64,000 nt of DNA from Curvularia clavata (taxonomy: Eukaryota), in the NCBI GenBank assembly GCA_023920165.1, contig CP089277.1, positions 2,170,001 through 2,234,000 of the forward strand. The letters run 5' to 3'. Shown here one piece after another: positions 36,801-49,390 of this stretch (position 1 is the stretch's first letter; each line of letters opens with the position of its first letter). The notes under the pieces are model-generated. The model saw only the letters and a program-made list of their open reading frames with translations, was not told where the DNA came from and made no database searches. Both the position numbers and the translations under genes were made by a program.

Positions 36801-39800
36801 GGTTGACTTGAAGTTCGACTGATTGTACCCATGGAAGCATAGCGGCGACCATGTTGCGCTTGTGGTCGGGCTGAAGGTCCTTGAAGTAGTAAGAAAATTG
36901 TGAAAAGACCAAAAAAGCGAGCTCTGCATGCTGCTTGGCAAGCCTGCGTGATGTCTCGAACTGAGCAAGTTTGTACACAGCGACTGTCTTGTCTGAAATG
37001 CTGATGTCGAGGTCTTGCAACTTTGAGTTCTTTCCCTCTCGTGCTTCTAGTGTTCGCAGCAACCGCGCGGACTTCATGCGTATCTCGCTATTCTCATGGC
37101 CTAGGGTATACAGGCCTGCACTGAGCACTTTCCAGAACGGCAGGGTGTATTCTTCATGTTGTGTGAGGACTTGAGTGACCACCTCGAAATAACTGTAGAG
37201 AGCCTTTCCTGAAGGAGCAAGGTAGCACATCTCGATTGCCTTGTCCAATAAGAACGGGTGCTCGCGATTGTAGAGAATGAGGTTGGAGAGCGCTCGACGA
37301 CCAATAGCATGCGTCCGGTCACTAGGAGTCTCGAATATGCTCTGTATCCAGGAAAGAATGCGCATGACGTCGAATTGCAGCAAAACTTTACTATCAGTTG
37401 TGATACTCACAGGTCCACCACACAGCGCAGCCATGGCACTCAAAGCTGCGGTTCGAAGGTCGCGTTTTTCGATTTCAAGCGCTGCTGTTGCACTGCCCTT
37501 GTTCACCGTGTCCGTTTCGCGATCGAGAATGGTACGGCGCATTTGTTCCTCACGCTGTCGGACCTGATGTTGGTTCGCAGAGTAGCCGCACCAATCCTCC
37601 ATCAATGTAAAAGCAGCCTTGCGAGCTTGGAATGGCATCCAGTGCAAAGGGTCTGAAGTTTTGTTGATGCCCACGAAAAGAACTTCCACCAGACCGCAGT
37701 AATGCGTACGTAGCTTCTGGTACCGTGCTTCCAGCTGGACCTCTGCATCGCTCAGAAAGATTCTGAGGTCTTTGGTGTAGTTCATCAGGTTGTTGATGAT
37801 CCACTCATCATTGTGGGCTTCGGGAGACTTCAGAAAGTGTTGCGCCGTCAGCTTGTACACGTGCGTGATTTCAGTTCGGAGGTGGTCCGTTCGATAGTTC
37901 ATAGGTCGTGGGCTACTAATGGTTCGGTTGTGGTTGCCCAGGCGCATCTTGGCCTCCTCTGAGCAAGCAGCTACGATTCCTTGGAGCGACTCTAGTAGCG
38001 TGCGGTAAAGATTGAGATTGACAGACCCGAGCCCGATGACAGCAGCATCTCGTATCGCACCATTCTCCACAGATAGGAATGGCAGAACCTTGGAAAAAAG
38101 TTCTGTAGCTGTGTGCGGCTTGACCGCGCTTGTCTGAGAAGATTTTGAGCTTTTCCTCGAATGATGTCCCTGTGTAGCGGAAGCGGCAGTTGGGCCCAAG
38201 CTGGTCAATGTCGTAAATGCAAAAATGAGGTAGAGTTTCCATTGTTCGACCACAATCTCCGGTGCTGTAGAAGCAAGGCGACCGGTGACTTTATTGGTCG
38301 CAGGCTCATGTGGCGAGTATGGGGTCGATCGTTGACCCTCAGCCAGAGAAGATAGAGTCCGGTACATTTGCGCCAGTCTCGCGCAAACAATATCCCGAGT
38401 AAGTGTAACAGCAAAGGGACAGATTTCAAAACTGATGCGAACCAGATTTGGGAAGATCTTGAACCACAGAGTGGATTCATAGGGTATGTCGCTGCTACAG
38501 AGCTCAACGAGTGTGCTTTGGACGTTGCTCTTGCGCATGCCGCGTTGTAGACGACTTCGTTCAGCTAAAGACAGGGTCTCGTCACTGATATCCAGGACTC
38601 TCTGCGGACTGCCCTCCATGACACGAATGACTCTGGTGTTTGAGCCTCCTAGGGCTGTATCGAATTCGGTAATAAGACGAAGTACGGTGACGGCGTAAGA
38701 ACGCACACGACGGGAAGGTGAGCACAAGAAGAAGACGCCATGAGACTCGACCTCGTCCACATGAGCCCATACAGATGAAAGGTCAAGCTGGGCAGCACGG
38801 CTGCCAGAGCCATCATCTGGGGTGTCTAGTGCTGCTTTGCGTGTCTTCCGCTTGATTTCCTCGATCCATATCTGTAGCAACTCGACATAAAGCTTCAATG
38901 TGTTCTCAATGTGTCCAGGTCCGAGCATCCCGCCGTCGGACATGGTAGCATACCGGTCGTCAAAATTGAAAATGAACCTCGCAAAACCAATGGTGACTTG
39001 CTGAGCATGAGATTGTCGTGCTATCGACTTGAGTGACTGAGCCGAGGACACTGCGATGCTTCCTTGAACATGTGCTGTCCCGGTGCACAATAGATTGACG
39101 AGAGAATTGAATGGGATGTGCGGAGACAAACAGCGTGGTAGAGCTTGGACGGCGACATGCAGCAGATCGTAGAACCCTTGTCGAAGATCTGTGGTAGCGA
39201 GGAAGTCTTCACGACGCCCAAAGCTAAAGGCCTCTGCCATGGGCGTTTTTGGTGTCTGGACAGAGAATTTCTCGTCCAGAACGGCCTGTCCACCAAATGC
39301 ATTGTCGCAAATGAGGGTAATCTCCCCCAGGATCTTACAAAACCGGACGTAGTGCTCTTTGGCTACCTCTGTGAACCCACTGAAATCTACGGGACGCGAA
39401 AGACGCTCTTCCTTGAGCAGGCTGGACTTTATGGGGAGATGTTGTGGGGACCGCGCGTTACTGGAAGGGGCAGGAAGCTCGTTTGAAAGTGCATTGGGAT
39501 CGTAGTCAAAGGTTAATGGAAAGGGAGGCTGCTCGGTGTTCTCCAGGTCGGCCATGATGGCAAGGAATGAGCGAATACCGATGACCATACGCTCGGGTTC
39601 AAGATTCTCGACACGCAATTCCCGACCTGACGTGAACATGTCCGAGTTGAGAAGAGGGAATACGATGGTCTTGAAGCAAAGGTCCTGATACCTGTAGCCA
39701 ATGATGCGCGCGAGCTGTATCAGAGGCTCCGCTATGACGGGTTCAGTGGAAAGATATGATCTTCGGCCAGGCTGAAACACCATGCGTATAATCTCTTCTA

Positions 39801-41869
39801 GTCGGCGTACAGCAATGGCGGGAGCCTCGGTACCTCGCCGATATACATAGGTCCACACGAGTCGACAGATGCCACGGAGGGCAATTGGTCTGGTAGTGCG
39901 TTCCTTGAGTCTGGGCTGAGTCGACAGCGCCAATGCGAGCCATTGCGAAAGGAAGATGTCTATGGGAGAAGCACACAGAATGGCAGCCATGAGTGGAAAC
40001 GCTTCATGCCAATGCTTGGGTTTGCCGAGTAATATGGCAGCGCGCTGTTTCATCAACTCAATCACGGATTTCCACTTGGGCGTGTTGAGCTCTACCGTGG
40101 CTTTGGAGGCAATGCGGAGCAACAGTTCCCTCAACACTTGACAATAAGCATACTTGACAGGCTGACCATGAGCACTGGTGAAGAGCTTGGCCATGGAAAG
40201 CATAAAATCGCATGTCCGGTCCCAAACATCGTCGGGATAGGAGTCGACTCTCATATGTCTTAGCGCACGGATCAACAAGGCTCCTTTGGCCTCGTGGTCC
40301 CTGTTGTACTGATTCTTTGCAGCCAACTGACTGTCCACCATTTTCAAGTCCGCAATGAATTTCTCTTGCACCTGCTCGAAGATGAGCCCACTTAACACAC
40401 CAAGCAGTTGGCTGTAAATAGTCCAATTGGCAAGATTGAGAGACGAGATATCCACGAGGTCAGGGTCAACAGTACTGAGTTGGCCATAGAACAGGCCTAG
40501 AAGACGATCGGCCATTTCAAATGTGAGATTTTGAATATCGGTTTGAGTCATGATTTCGATCAAGACGCGACATAAGATGTAGGTCGAGACGGTGGAGCGC
40601 TGCTCAGCCTGCGTAACGGTGTGCTGCAGTGTCAGGATGTGCTCGGCGGTCGATGCCACAGAGGTTGTGGACTGGTTGTCTGGACTCTGTGTCGACTCTG
40701 TGTTTCGCCGGGAGAGGGATGTGTGAGGATGGGTGACTGGACTGGCTTGCCGTGCCTTTGATTTATCAGTAATGTCCACTTCGGTCTCTTTCAAAAGAAT
40801 ATGATTGGGCCTACATTGAGTAACTGTGTGCGTTGTTTGGACGCTTCCTCGCTCTTTGCTTTCCGCCATAGCATTATGGTGTCTATAAGGGGCTTGGGCT
40901 TCTGGCGGGCAATGTGACCCAGGGCTGCAATGAGCTGGTCGAAGGTGGGGTCTACACCAGGTCCACAAACACCCTCTACCTTTGCCTCAGGCTGTCCTCT
41001 TTCTGTTATGCATTGGTTGATTTTGTGTTCGGCCTGGCTAATGAAGGAGTTGAAGAGGTGGTGTAAAGCATATTCGCCCACTGTCTTGAGTTCGTGCGGG
41101 TGTTGCGGGTGCCGTGACTGAGAGCGATGGTGGTTATGGCCTTTGCGCGAAGACCTCGAACTGGGCGCCCGTTCTGGCTTGCGCAGGGGAGCATAGCCAT
41201 CGGCCGGGACTGACTGAGGTGGAGGACTGCCATATGGATTTCCAGAGGCCGAGCCCGGCTGCATGCCGTTGGCAGCAAAGGCTTCGGCTATGGATTCTTG
41301 CGACATGACGGCTCCATCGAGGGTTGCACCGGCGGCGGCGGCGATGATCTGGGGGCTCAGGGGGCTTGTGGCCGGCGAGTTTACGAAACTGGTGTTCCTC
41401 GAGTGTTGTATCCCGTGCACGATCGAAGTGTTGCGATTGTGGGCGTAAGAGCCCGACGGCTTTCGTTCAAGCGTGGCCAGGGTGCGGTCAGGGCTCGAAC
41501 TGCTACTTGCGCCTTTTACGGCGGGCGTCTGCGACCGAGAGGTAATTGTTCGCGACGAGGCTGTCAGTGCCCGTCCACGCGTCTGGCTGGGCTCACGCGA
41601 GGCCGACGAGGGGTGGTGCTCTATATGGTGCGACACATTCCCGGCAGCTGGTCGAGCTTGCAAGAGAGGGAACGCTGCTGTATTCAACACAAAGTCCAGG
41701 TCAGCACAAGCTCGTTGCAGCACAGTAAAGGCGTCTGGACGACTGCCTGTGTGCCAGTAGGGCACAGCAGAGGGCCGTGTGGGGAGTGCGTTTCACGGTA
41801 ACGCTGGCACGGGTTGGGGACGACTACGCTCACAGGGGGGTGGGCGGGGGAGAAAGTTAACTTACACAT
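33896..41869 (-). CDS. TAO3: RAM/MOR network scaffold, cell morphogenesis protein PAG1/Tao3/Mor2 (Furry family), ~2559 aa
   Basis: Exons 41866-41869, 40815-41677, 36406-40755 and 33896-36358 sum to 7680 nt in frame. Conserved blocks TVGEYALHHLF..F, IARQKPKPLIDTIMLWR and WATSCPVRHIACRSFQLFR; long helical-repeat character. Confidence 0.93.
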
Positions 41870-43466
41870 GCCGCCGGCTTCTTGTGCAGCATCTTCCGCG
41901 TCTGACAGAGAGACTTGCAGCCCGTCCAGAGAGGCTCACGCAGAATACAAGGCCGTCGAGGGGGTCGCGTAGGCTGTCAATGATGTCTTTTGAGGCGGAT
42001 GGAATGGGTAGACCCTTGCCCTGTGCCTGACGACTAGCCCATTTGGTGGCAACGATCATCAATGGCGCTCCGGCAGCGTCGCGGCTGTGAAGATCCATCC
42101 GGAGTTAATATGCATTTCCCACGTGGAGGACAAAGTTAGCGATGCCGGGCTTGGGAACACCTAAAAAGGACACGGATTGATCTGGTGTGGTTCAGATGGA
42201 CGCAAAGTTGTTCTAGCGCCGCTGCGGCGTGTGAAGTTTCCTGAGAACAGAAGAGTGTCACGTGAAAGGCCCGATCCAACCCCCCGCAGGGCTAACCGCC
42301 GAGAGAGCATGTGGGACAGAGAGCGAATAGAAACACGAGAGCTGGAAGTTGCTATTCAGGGCACCGGTTAGGTTCAAGAAGTGAGGCCATCAAAAAAAAA
42401 AGAATGCAGGAGGCGGCTGTATTGGTTTTTCAAAGCGCCAGCCCAAGGCCAAGCGCACAAGCGTTGGCAAAGGGAGTGAGATGGAAAAAAAAAGTACGTA
42501 GTATCCTCGTATCAACCGTATCAACGGACGAAACGGGCACAGGCGAAACACCCTCCGAAGACGCAGCACAGACCCGGAAAAGGGAGAGAAGCAAGTAATT
42601 ACTACAGGAGTTCAAAGAGTAGGCTTTGCGATTGGAAGGCCAGTACATATGAGTAATATGTACGGTAAGCTTTTTTTTTTGGACGGGCGGGCATTGTCAG
42701 AACTAATACATAACGTCAGCCGTAGCTGATGGTCATAATATTAGCACACACACATAGCAGCTTGTAGCAGCACAACATGTACGAACAATAGTAAGGAAAA
42801 TGCTAAACAGCGGTGAAGATGGGGCAGGGCAATGCTAGTTCTATGGTGCATCCATCTTGGTCCGCCTCCGACCCCCCGCCTGCCCACCGTCACATGTTTT
42901 GTCGGCAGTGGGGTACGGATTGTTTAGAGAAGAAAGCAGCGCGAAGCACCAGCAAAAGTTACCCCACATTCGAGAGACAGCCAAATAATGGTCGGAAAAG
43001 CTAGGCTAGGGGTCCTGCGCCCGGCTGTTGCAGTACGAGTGAGTGGAAGCGGCAGCGGCAGCGGAACTGGGGCGGAACTTGTCGGCTCCGGCTCGGGCAG
43101 AGCATGCCAGTCTGTGACGGCACCATCTGCCCATAAGAATCGCGCCGTCAGCAGAAGACGCCGCCGCCAGACAGCACAAAACGCCCGAGAGCCCCTGGCC
43201 GAAAGCGAAGAAGGGAAAAGCAAGCCGCTCGTGGTAACCTTCCTTCTGCGTGCAGCAGTCTTTGGATCGCCCCTCGGTTGCATCAGAAGCCGGTTGTATT
43301 AAACTTCTCGGTCAGCCCCTGCCGATGCAGCGTGTCCGATACTAAACGTCGCCTACAAATATTATCTTCTCGCTTGCCCGCTTTCGGACATCGAATAGAT
43401 AACCGTGTCATGTCAGCCCTGCCCCTCTGTCTTTTCTCTGCGTCCTGCTAACGCCTCTCCAGTACC

Positions 43467-45612
43467 ATGGCACAACTCGATACGCTCGACATCATCGTGC
43501 TGGCCGTCCTTCTGGTCGGCACCGTGGCCTACTTCACAAAGGGCACCTACTGGGCTGTCTCGGCCGACCCGTACGGCAGCTCGCTGGCCACGGCCAATGG
43601 CGCTGCTAAGGCGGGCAAGTCCCGCAACATCATAGAGAAGATGGAGGAGACGGACAAGAACTGCGTCGTCTTCTATGGTAGCCAGACGGGTACTGCCGAG
43701 GACTACGCTTCCCGCATCTCCAAAGAGGGTCATTCACGCTTCGGTCTCAAGACAATGGTTGCCGATCTCGAGGAATACGATTACGACAATCTCGACGCCT
43801 TCCCCGAAGACAAGCTCGCCGTCTTTGTCCTGGCCACCTATGGTGAAGGTGAACCCACCGATAACGCCGTCGAGTTTTACGAGTTTATTGGCTCCGAAGA
43901 CATCTCCTTCTCCCAGGGCGGTGGCATCGAGGACAAGCCGCTCAGCAACCTCAACTACGTCGCTTTCGGTCTCGGCAACAACACCTACGAACACTACAAC
44001 TCCATGGTCCGCAACGTCGACAAGTACCTGACAAGGCTCGGTGCGAAGCGACTGGGTGCTGCTGGCGAGGGTGACGACGGTGCTGGCACAATGGAAGAAG
44101 ATTTCCTCGCTTGGAAGGAGCCCATGTGGGCTGCCGTGGCAGAGAAGATGGGCTTGGAAGAGCGTGAGGCCATGTACGAGCCAGTCTTCGAAGTCACCGA
44201 GAAGCCAGATCTCTCCCCCGAGGATGATACCGTGTACCTTGGCGAGCCGAACAAGAACCATCTCGAGGGAAACCAAAAGGGTCCCTTCAACGCCAACAAC
44301 CCCTTCATCGCTCCCATTGTCGAATCCACCGAGCTCTTCAAGGACTCTGACCGCAACTGTCTGCACATGGAAATCAGTATCGCTGGCTCCAACCTGTCCT
44401 ATACCACTGGTGATCACATTGCTATCTGGCCTACCAACGCCGGCAAAGAAGTCGACCGATTGTTCAAGGTCCTTGGCAAGGAGGACAAGCGTCACACCGT
44501 CATCTCCGTCCGTGGTCTTGACCCTACCGCCAAGGTCCCCTTCCCTTCGCCTACCACGTACGACGCTGCCATCCGCTACCACATCGAAATCAATGCCGCC
44601 GTGTCCCGTCAACTTGTTTCGGTTATCGCTCAGTTCGCTCCAAACGACGACATCAAGGCCGAAATTGTAAAGCTCGGTGGTGACAAGGACTATTTCAAGG
44701 AACAGGTCACGGATCGCAACCTCAACCTGGCACAGCTCCTTGAGATTACCGGAAAGGGCGCCACTTGGGACAAGATCCCCTTCTCGTTCCTGTTTGAGAC
44801 TATGGTCAAGATCCAGCCCCGTTACTACTCCATCTCTTCATCGTCGCTGGTGCAAAAGGACAAGATCTCCATCACTGCTGTCGTCGAGTCCATCGAGAAG
44901 CCGGGCGCGCCATATGCTCTCAAGGGTGTCACTACCAACTACCTGCTCGCCCTGAAGCAGAAGCAGCACGGAGACCCCAACCCGGATCCCCATGGTTTGA
45001 ACTACTCTATCACTGGCCCACGCAATAAATACGATGGTATCCACGTCCCTGTTCACGTCCGCCACTCCAACTTCAAGCTTCCCTCGGACCCATCCAAGCC
45101 CATCATCATGGTTGGTCCTGGTACCGGTGTTGCACCTTTCCGTGGTTTTGTCCAAGAGCGAGCTGCGCAAGCCAAGGCTGGCCAGAATGTTGGCAAGACT
45201 GTCTTGTTCTTCGGATGCAGAAGGCAGTCAGAGGACTTCATGTACGCTGACGAATGGAAGGTATGTTTAAGCTCTCGTTTTTCCTTCTTTTTACCATGGC
45301 TAACATACTATACAGCAATACCAACAAGATCTTGGCGACAAGTTCGAGATGCACACCGCCTTCTCCCGAGACGGCCCCCAAAAGGTCTATGTTCAGCACA
45401 AGCTCGAGGAGAACGGTGAAGAAGTCAACAGGCTGCTCGAGCAAAAGGCCTACTTCTACGTTTGCGGTGACGCCGCTCACATGGCTCGTGAAGTAAACAC
45501 CTTGCTCGGCAAGATCATCGCCAAGTACCGAAACGTCTCGGAGACCAAGGGCGAGGAAATCGTAAAGGCAATGAGGGCCTCGAACCAGTACCAGGAAGAC
45601 GTCTGGTCATGA
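43467..45612 (+). CDS. cprA: NADPH-cytochrome P450 reductase
   Basis: N-terminal membrane anchor; FMN motifs YGSQTGTAE and ATYGEGEPTDNA; FAD motif RYYSISS; MVGPGTGVAPF, LFFGCR and terminal YQEDVWS. Intron 45261-45315. Confidence 0.97.
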
Positions 45613-45902
45613 AAAAGGGACTAGGTAAAGGACAAGCGATCAATCAGGCGTCTGGGAACATTCGCGAGTTCTTGACAATGCATTTTCACGGTTAGATCTC
45701 TGGTGTGTCTGTGTGTAGGCGTTTGATCTAACGACAGCATTTTTGTCTTGGGGTCGTTACTTGTGTTGGATCTATCACGTTGCAGATTCCCAATCTTCGC
45801 GTCGCCGCTTAAATAGACTCATTTTTAGTTTTCTTCGTTTTGAGCGCGTCTCTCCTACCATCAGTAAAACCAAGACAAGCTGTCAACATGGAAATAATAG
45901 AT

Positions 45903-46091
45903 AACTGTGATAGCTACCGCTGCTTCTAAGAGCAGTGTTGGAAGGACTAAGAATACAGAAAACAATAAACAACTGTGGCAAATCCCGCTACTTCTAAAAG
46001 TAGACTTGTGAGTGCCGAGAATACAGCAAACAACAAACAACTGTGCAGACTACACAGCTACTTTTACAGCAGGTCGCCATTTTCCGGTTTC
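45903..46091 (+). repeat. Degenerate 68-bp tandem repeat, locus A (about 2.7 units) of a dispersed family
   Basis: Units start at 45903, 45971 and 46039 (period 68): AACTGTG...GCT(A/G)CTT(C/T)TA...AG...GAATACAG..AACAA(T/C)AAAC. Confidence 0.8.
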
Positions 46092-49000
46092 ACTAGTCGT
46101 GGGAGCTACAGGATAGAGTATGACGTCTGTACTACGTGTTCCGGCTCTGGGGGGACATGGGGAAAGGGGTTGATGTAGCGCTGTTTTAAAATAACACTGT
46201 TGTGAGCTCTTGCACCAGTTTCAAGCTGTGATGTTCCTGTTGTGAAATGATGGAGAGAATATCGCAAACCATTGGCTGTAGTCATGCAGTGACTTCTGTT
46301 GGGATTACTTCCACTGAACTTCATGTCTTTCCACCAGCTTCCATTCTCCCCCTTCCCCTATTGCGTACATACACGGAACTGGATGTTGATTCTGGCCCCT
46401 CTCTTGGTTTGAAGCAATGGACTGCGCCGCGATAATCATCCATGCACTCGACTCTGATCACAACCTCCAAAGACGGCCCCCAACATTTTACGTTGAGGGC
46501 GAGGATTTGTCGCGTGGCGAGCCCCAATTGCTCAATAGTGCAGGGCACGTATGAGCTATATAGATGGCACCACACTCATGTCTGCGACAGGACATTGCAC
46601 AGCAGTTTCCGGCTAAGTGTCTTCTTCTGTATCTTCCTGGCTGCGCATTGCATTTACAGTGCCTTCTCACACCATAAGCCGACGTGGGCCCACCACTCAG
46701 CAACACGTTGAATGCAGTGAGTTGAGACCCTGTGGATCCTCTTCTGCATGACAGGGAGTGTCTCGCTCTACCCGTTGCACGGCATCGCGTGTTCAACCAG
46801 AAGGGGTTGCTTTTCGCCTCACTTCCCCTTTCTCTTTTGATTGTGGTAGCGAGCAAATCCGAAATCCGGGTTTGAGGGTGAGACCCAGCCAACGTTTATT
46901 AAAGGCGTGACGGAGCAGGCTCGAGACAGCTCTTCACAGACTGGAAGCATCCAGACACAAATGCATGTGCTCAACAAGGATACAACATCCGACAAGCCGC
47001 ACAACATGCGAGGTTCCTGGAGCGGCTCTTACAGGTAAGAGACGCGTCGCGGAACTGACGAATGGCCGCATCTTGAACGCCACTCTTACAGGGCTCCCTA
47101 GACTCCAAGATTCCTCTGTTGCTTCCCAGGCAATAGAAGGACCTCCTTGAGTCTGTGGTAACGGCAAGCGGCTGTCAGGCTAACAATGCGGTTTCAACAG
47201 CCGGACGACCGTACGGATAGCTGCGTAGTGGTCGATGCGACACAGTAAGCAATTCGGCCGCGCCCACGCACCACGCGAGGAAGCGGACAAGTCTCCATTT
47301 GTCGAATCTGTATCACTTGAGTAAGTTGGGCGGCGGTGGGCGTCCGCTTTTCTAGTGCTTGGGGGAGGGCCATATATACAAGGCTGGTTGGCATGGTCTC
47401 TTGCACTGACCTCACTCTGGGCATGCCAAATACTGATTTACATCCATAGCCTTTCTCTTCTACCTAGGACACATCATCCTGCACACAGGATATGGGTCTA
47501 ACGCGCTTGCCCGGTAATGTGGTCATATTTTCCACATTGCTCGAGGGGGCTTGGGTTAAGGCCTAAGCCTACGGATCCGCCCTTGCATCAGCATTACCGT
47601 CGCAGGTAGCAGACAACCGTCGGGTGCCGAATATATTGGGGAGAGAAAGAGCCGGTGAATCTGGATTCGGTGTCTCATAGGCTCTCTTCGTGTGAGGGCG
47701 CTTCCTCAATCGTATCGTGTGGGGCTCCACACACATCCACATCGAGCCCTTGGTCCGCACAATTCCAGACGGCACTGGCCGCACTGCGCCGGCTCGTCAC
47801 GCGGGTTACAAGCGTGCTGCACATGCACCGGCTTGGAGGCTATCACAGGTCTAGCACGGGTTAGCAACCAGCTGGTAAGAGGACGTGAGGACAAAAGTAC
47901 CCTGCTTGTGTAGCATAACCAAGACGATGCTTGCTGATACGTTCTCAAACAGAACCTTTCCACATTTAGGATCATGAAAGTTGTCTTTTTGTGGCTCCGA
48001 GGGCAGGATAGAGTGTACAAGTCACGAAATGACGACTCGAGTACTCGCAAAGGAGGAGGGTATGCCACATCGGTGTCGACTGTGAAGAGACACGATACCG
48101 GCATTCGAGAGTCTAGTGACGAGTAATGGCGCCCTAGGGTTATGGCTCTCTTGCACCTCTTCTCAGCCTTGCTGCAAGGACGGTGTAGCTGCATTCGTCA
48201 CTGCCTCTAGTGGAAGCTGGTCGCTGCAGGGAGGGAAACGCCTCGTCATATGACTGCTACACGGGGAGATGACGGCTGCGTCTGTGAGGATGCATGCAAG
48301 ATACACAACGGCTGGTCCTGCATACTTTTACGGCTTGTTTGCGTACTACTCTGGTGAGGCCAACCTTTGGAGCGTACAAAGCTTCAGCAGGTAACGCGCA
48401 CCAGCGATATATTAGACCAGCATGCCGCCACGGCGAAGAGGACCCGACCGAGCATTGTGCCTCTGATGGAAAACAGATTTTGACATTGATATTCCGGGTA
48501 GCTCTTCCTCGAGTATTCTCTAAGACGAACGGCGGCGCGACATCTGAACGCAATCTGCCATAGCTGAAGCGCAGGTGCGATTGTGGTTGTGCATGTGTTG
48601 TGGATAACGACGTGAAGACTGACATCGCTGGGAAGGTGAGTATTGTCCGTCCTGTCCGACGTCTTGCTGCTGCGCCATGGCGACTTCCTCGTCGGCGTGG
48701 AGGCTCCCTCCTCCGTCTTCACAATGCTGTCCACCAAGACAACATCGCCATCGCTCTTGCCCTTTCTGCCACGCCCAGACGCCGTCCTCGGGTACTACAT
48801 CTTCTCTCGTCCCCCTCATCCCTCCTCTTCCCTCCTCCACTCTTCTCCGCCTCTTTCTCACCAGTTACGCATCAGTGGCCACATTCTTTGTAGCTTTTCG
48901 CAGGTCAGCCAGCCAGCCACCCCATCACTCTCACAGTCCTCGCCATCCTCTCATCACGCACCAAACGGATACTGACTTTTACACAGCTTTGGAGTCACTA

Positions 49001-49310
49001 CCAGTCCCCCGCACATTGCAAAAGTTTCACATTTACGACCTGGTGAGCTAATTTCACCTACCCCCGTTTGCTTTTCACTCGCCAAGGTCCCTGGATGTCA
49101 AGCCGCACCTCCCTTCAGCGTTTGCTTTGCGTCATTTTCAACAATCAACTCGAGCCAAAAGCTGACTCATTAAACAGAGCAACCTTCTTCTCTACATCTC
49201 AGTCTCCCTGTTCGTACCCCTTGTTGAGATCCCACTCCGCCGCTCCCTTGGCGTCCGCTCTCCTCAGTTCGCCCCTACCTACCGGCAGCTCTACGGCATA
49301 GTAACGTTCA

Positions 49311-49339
49311 CTCTCTCTCTCTCTCTTTCTCTCTCTCTC
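49311..49339 (+). repeat. (CT)n tract just upstream of the RRM gene ATG
   Basis: Read directly; one interruption. Confidence 0.85.
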
Positions 49340-49390
49340 AATCGGCTACTTCTTTTGTCTTCATAACACCACCCTTACGTACTGATCGCA

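Noticed and set aside
45903..46091. CRISPR-like look of regularly spaced palindromic repeats
   Set aside because: Eukaryotic context, degenerate repeats, the intervening sequences are themselves homologous, and there are no cas genes. Treated as a tandem/dispersed repeat.
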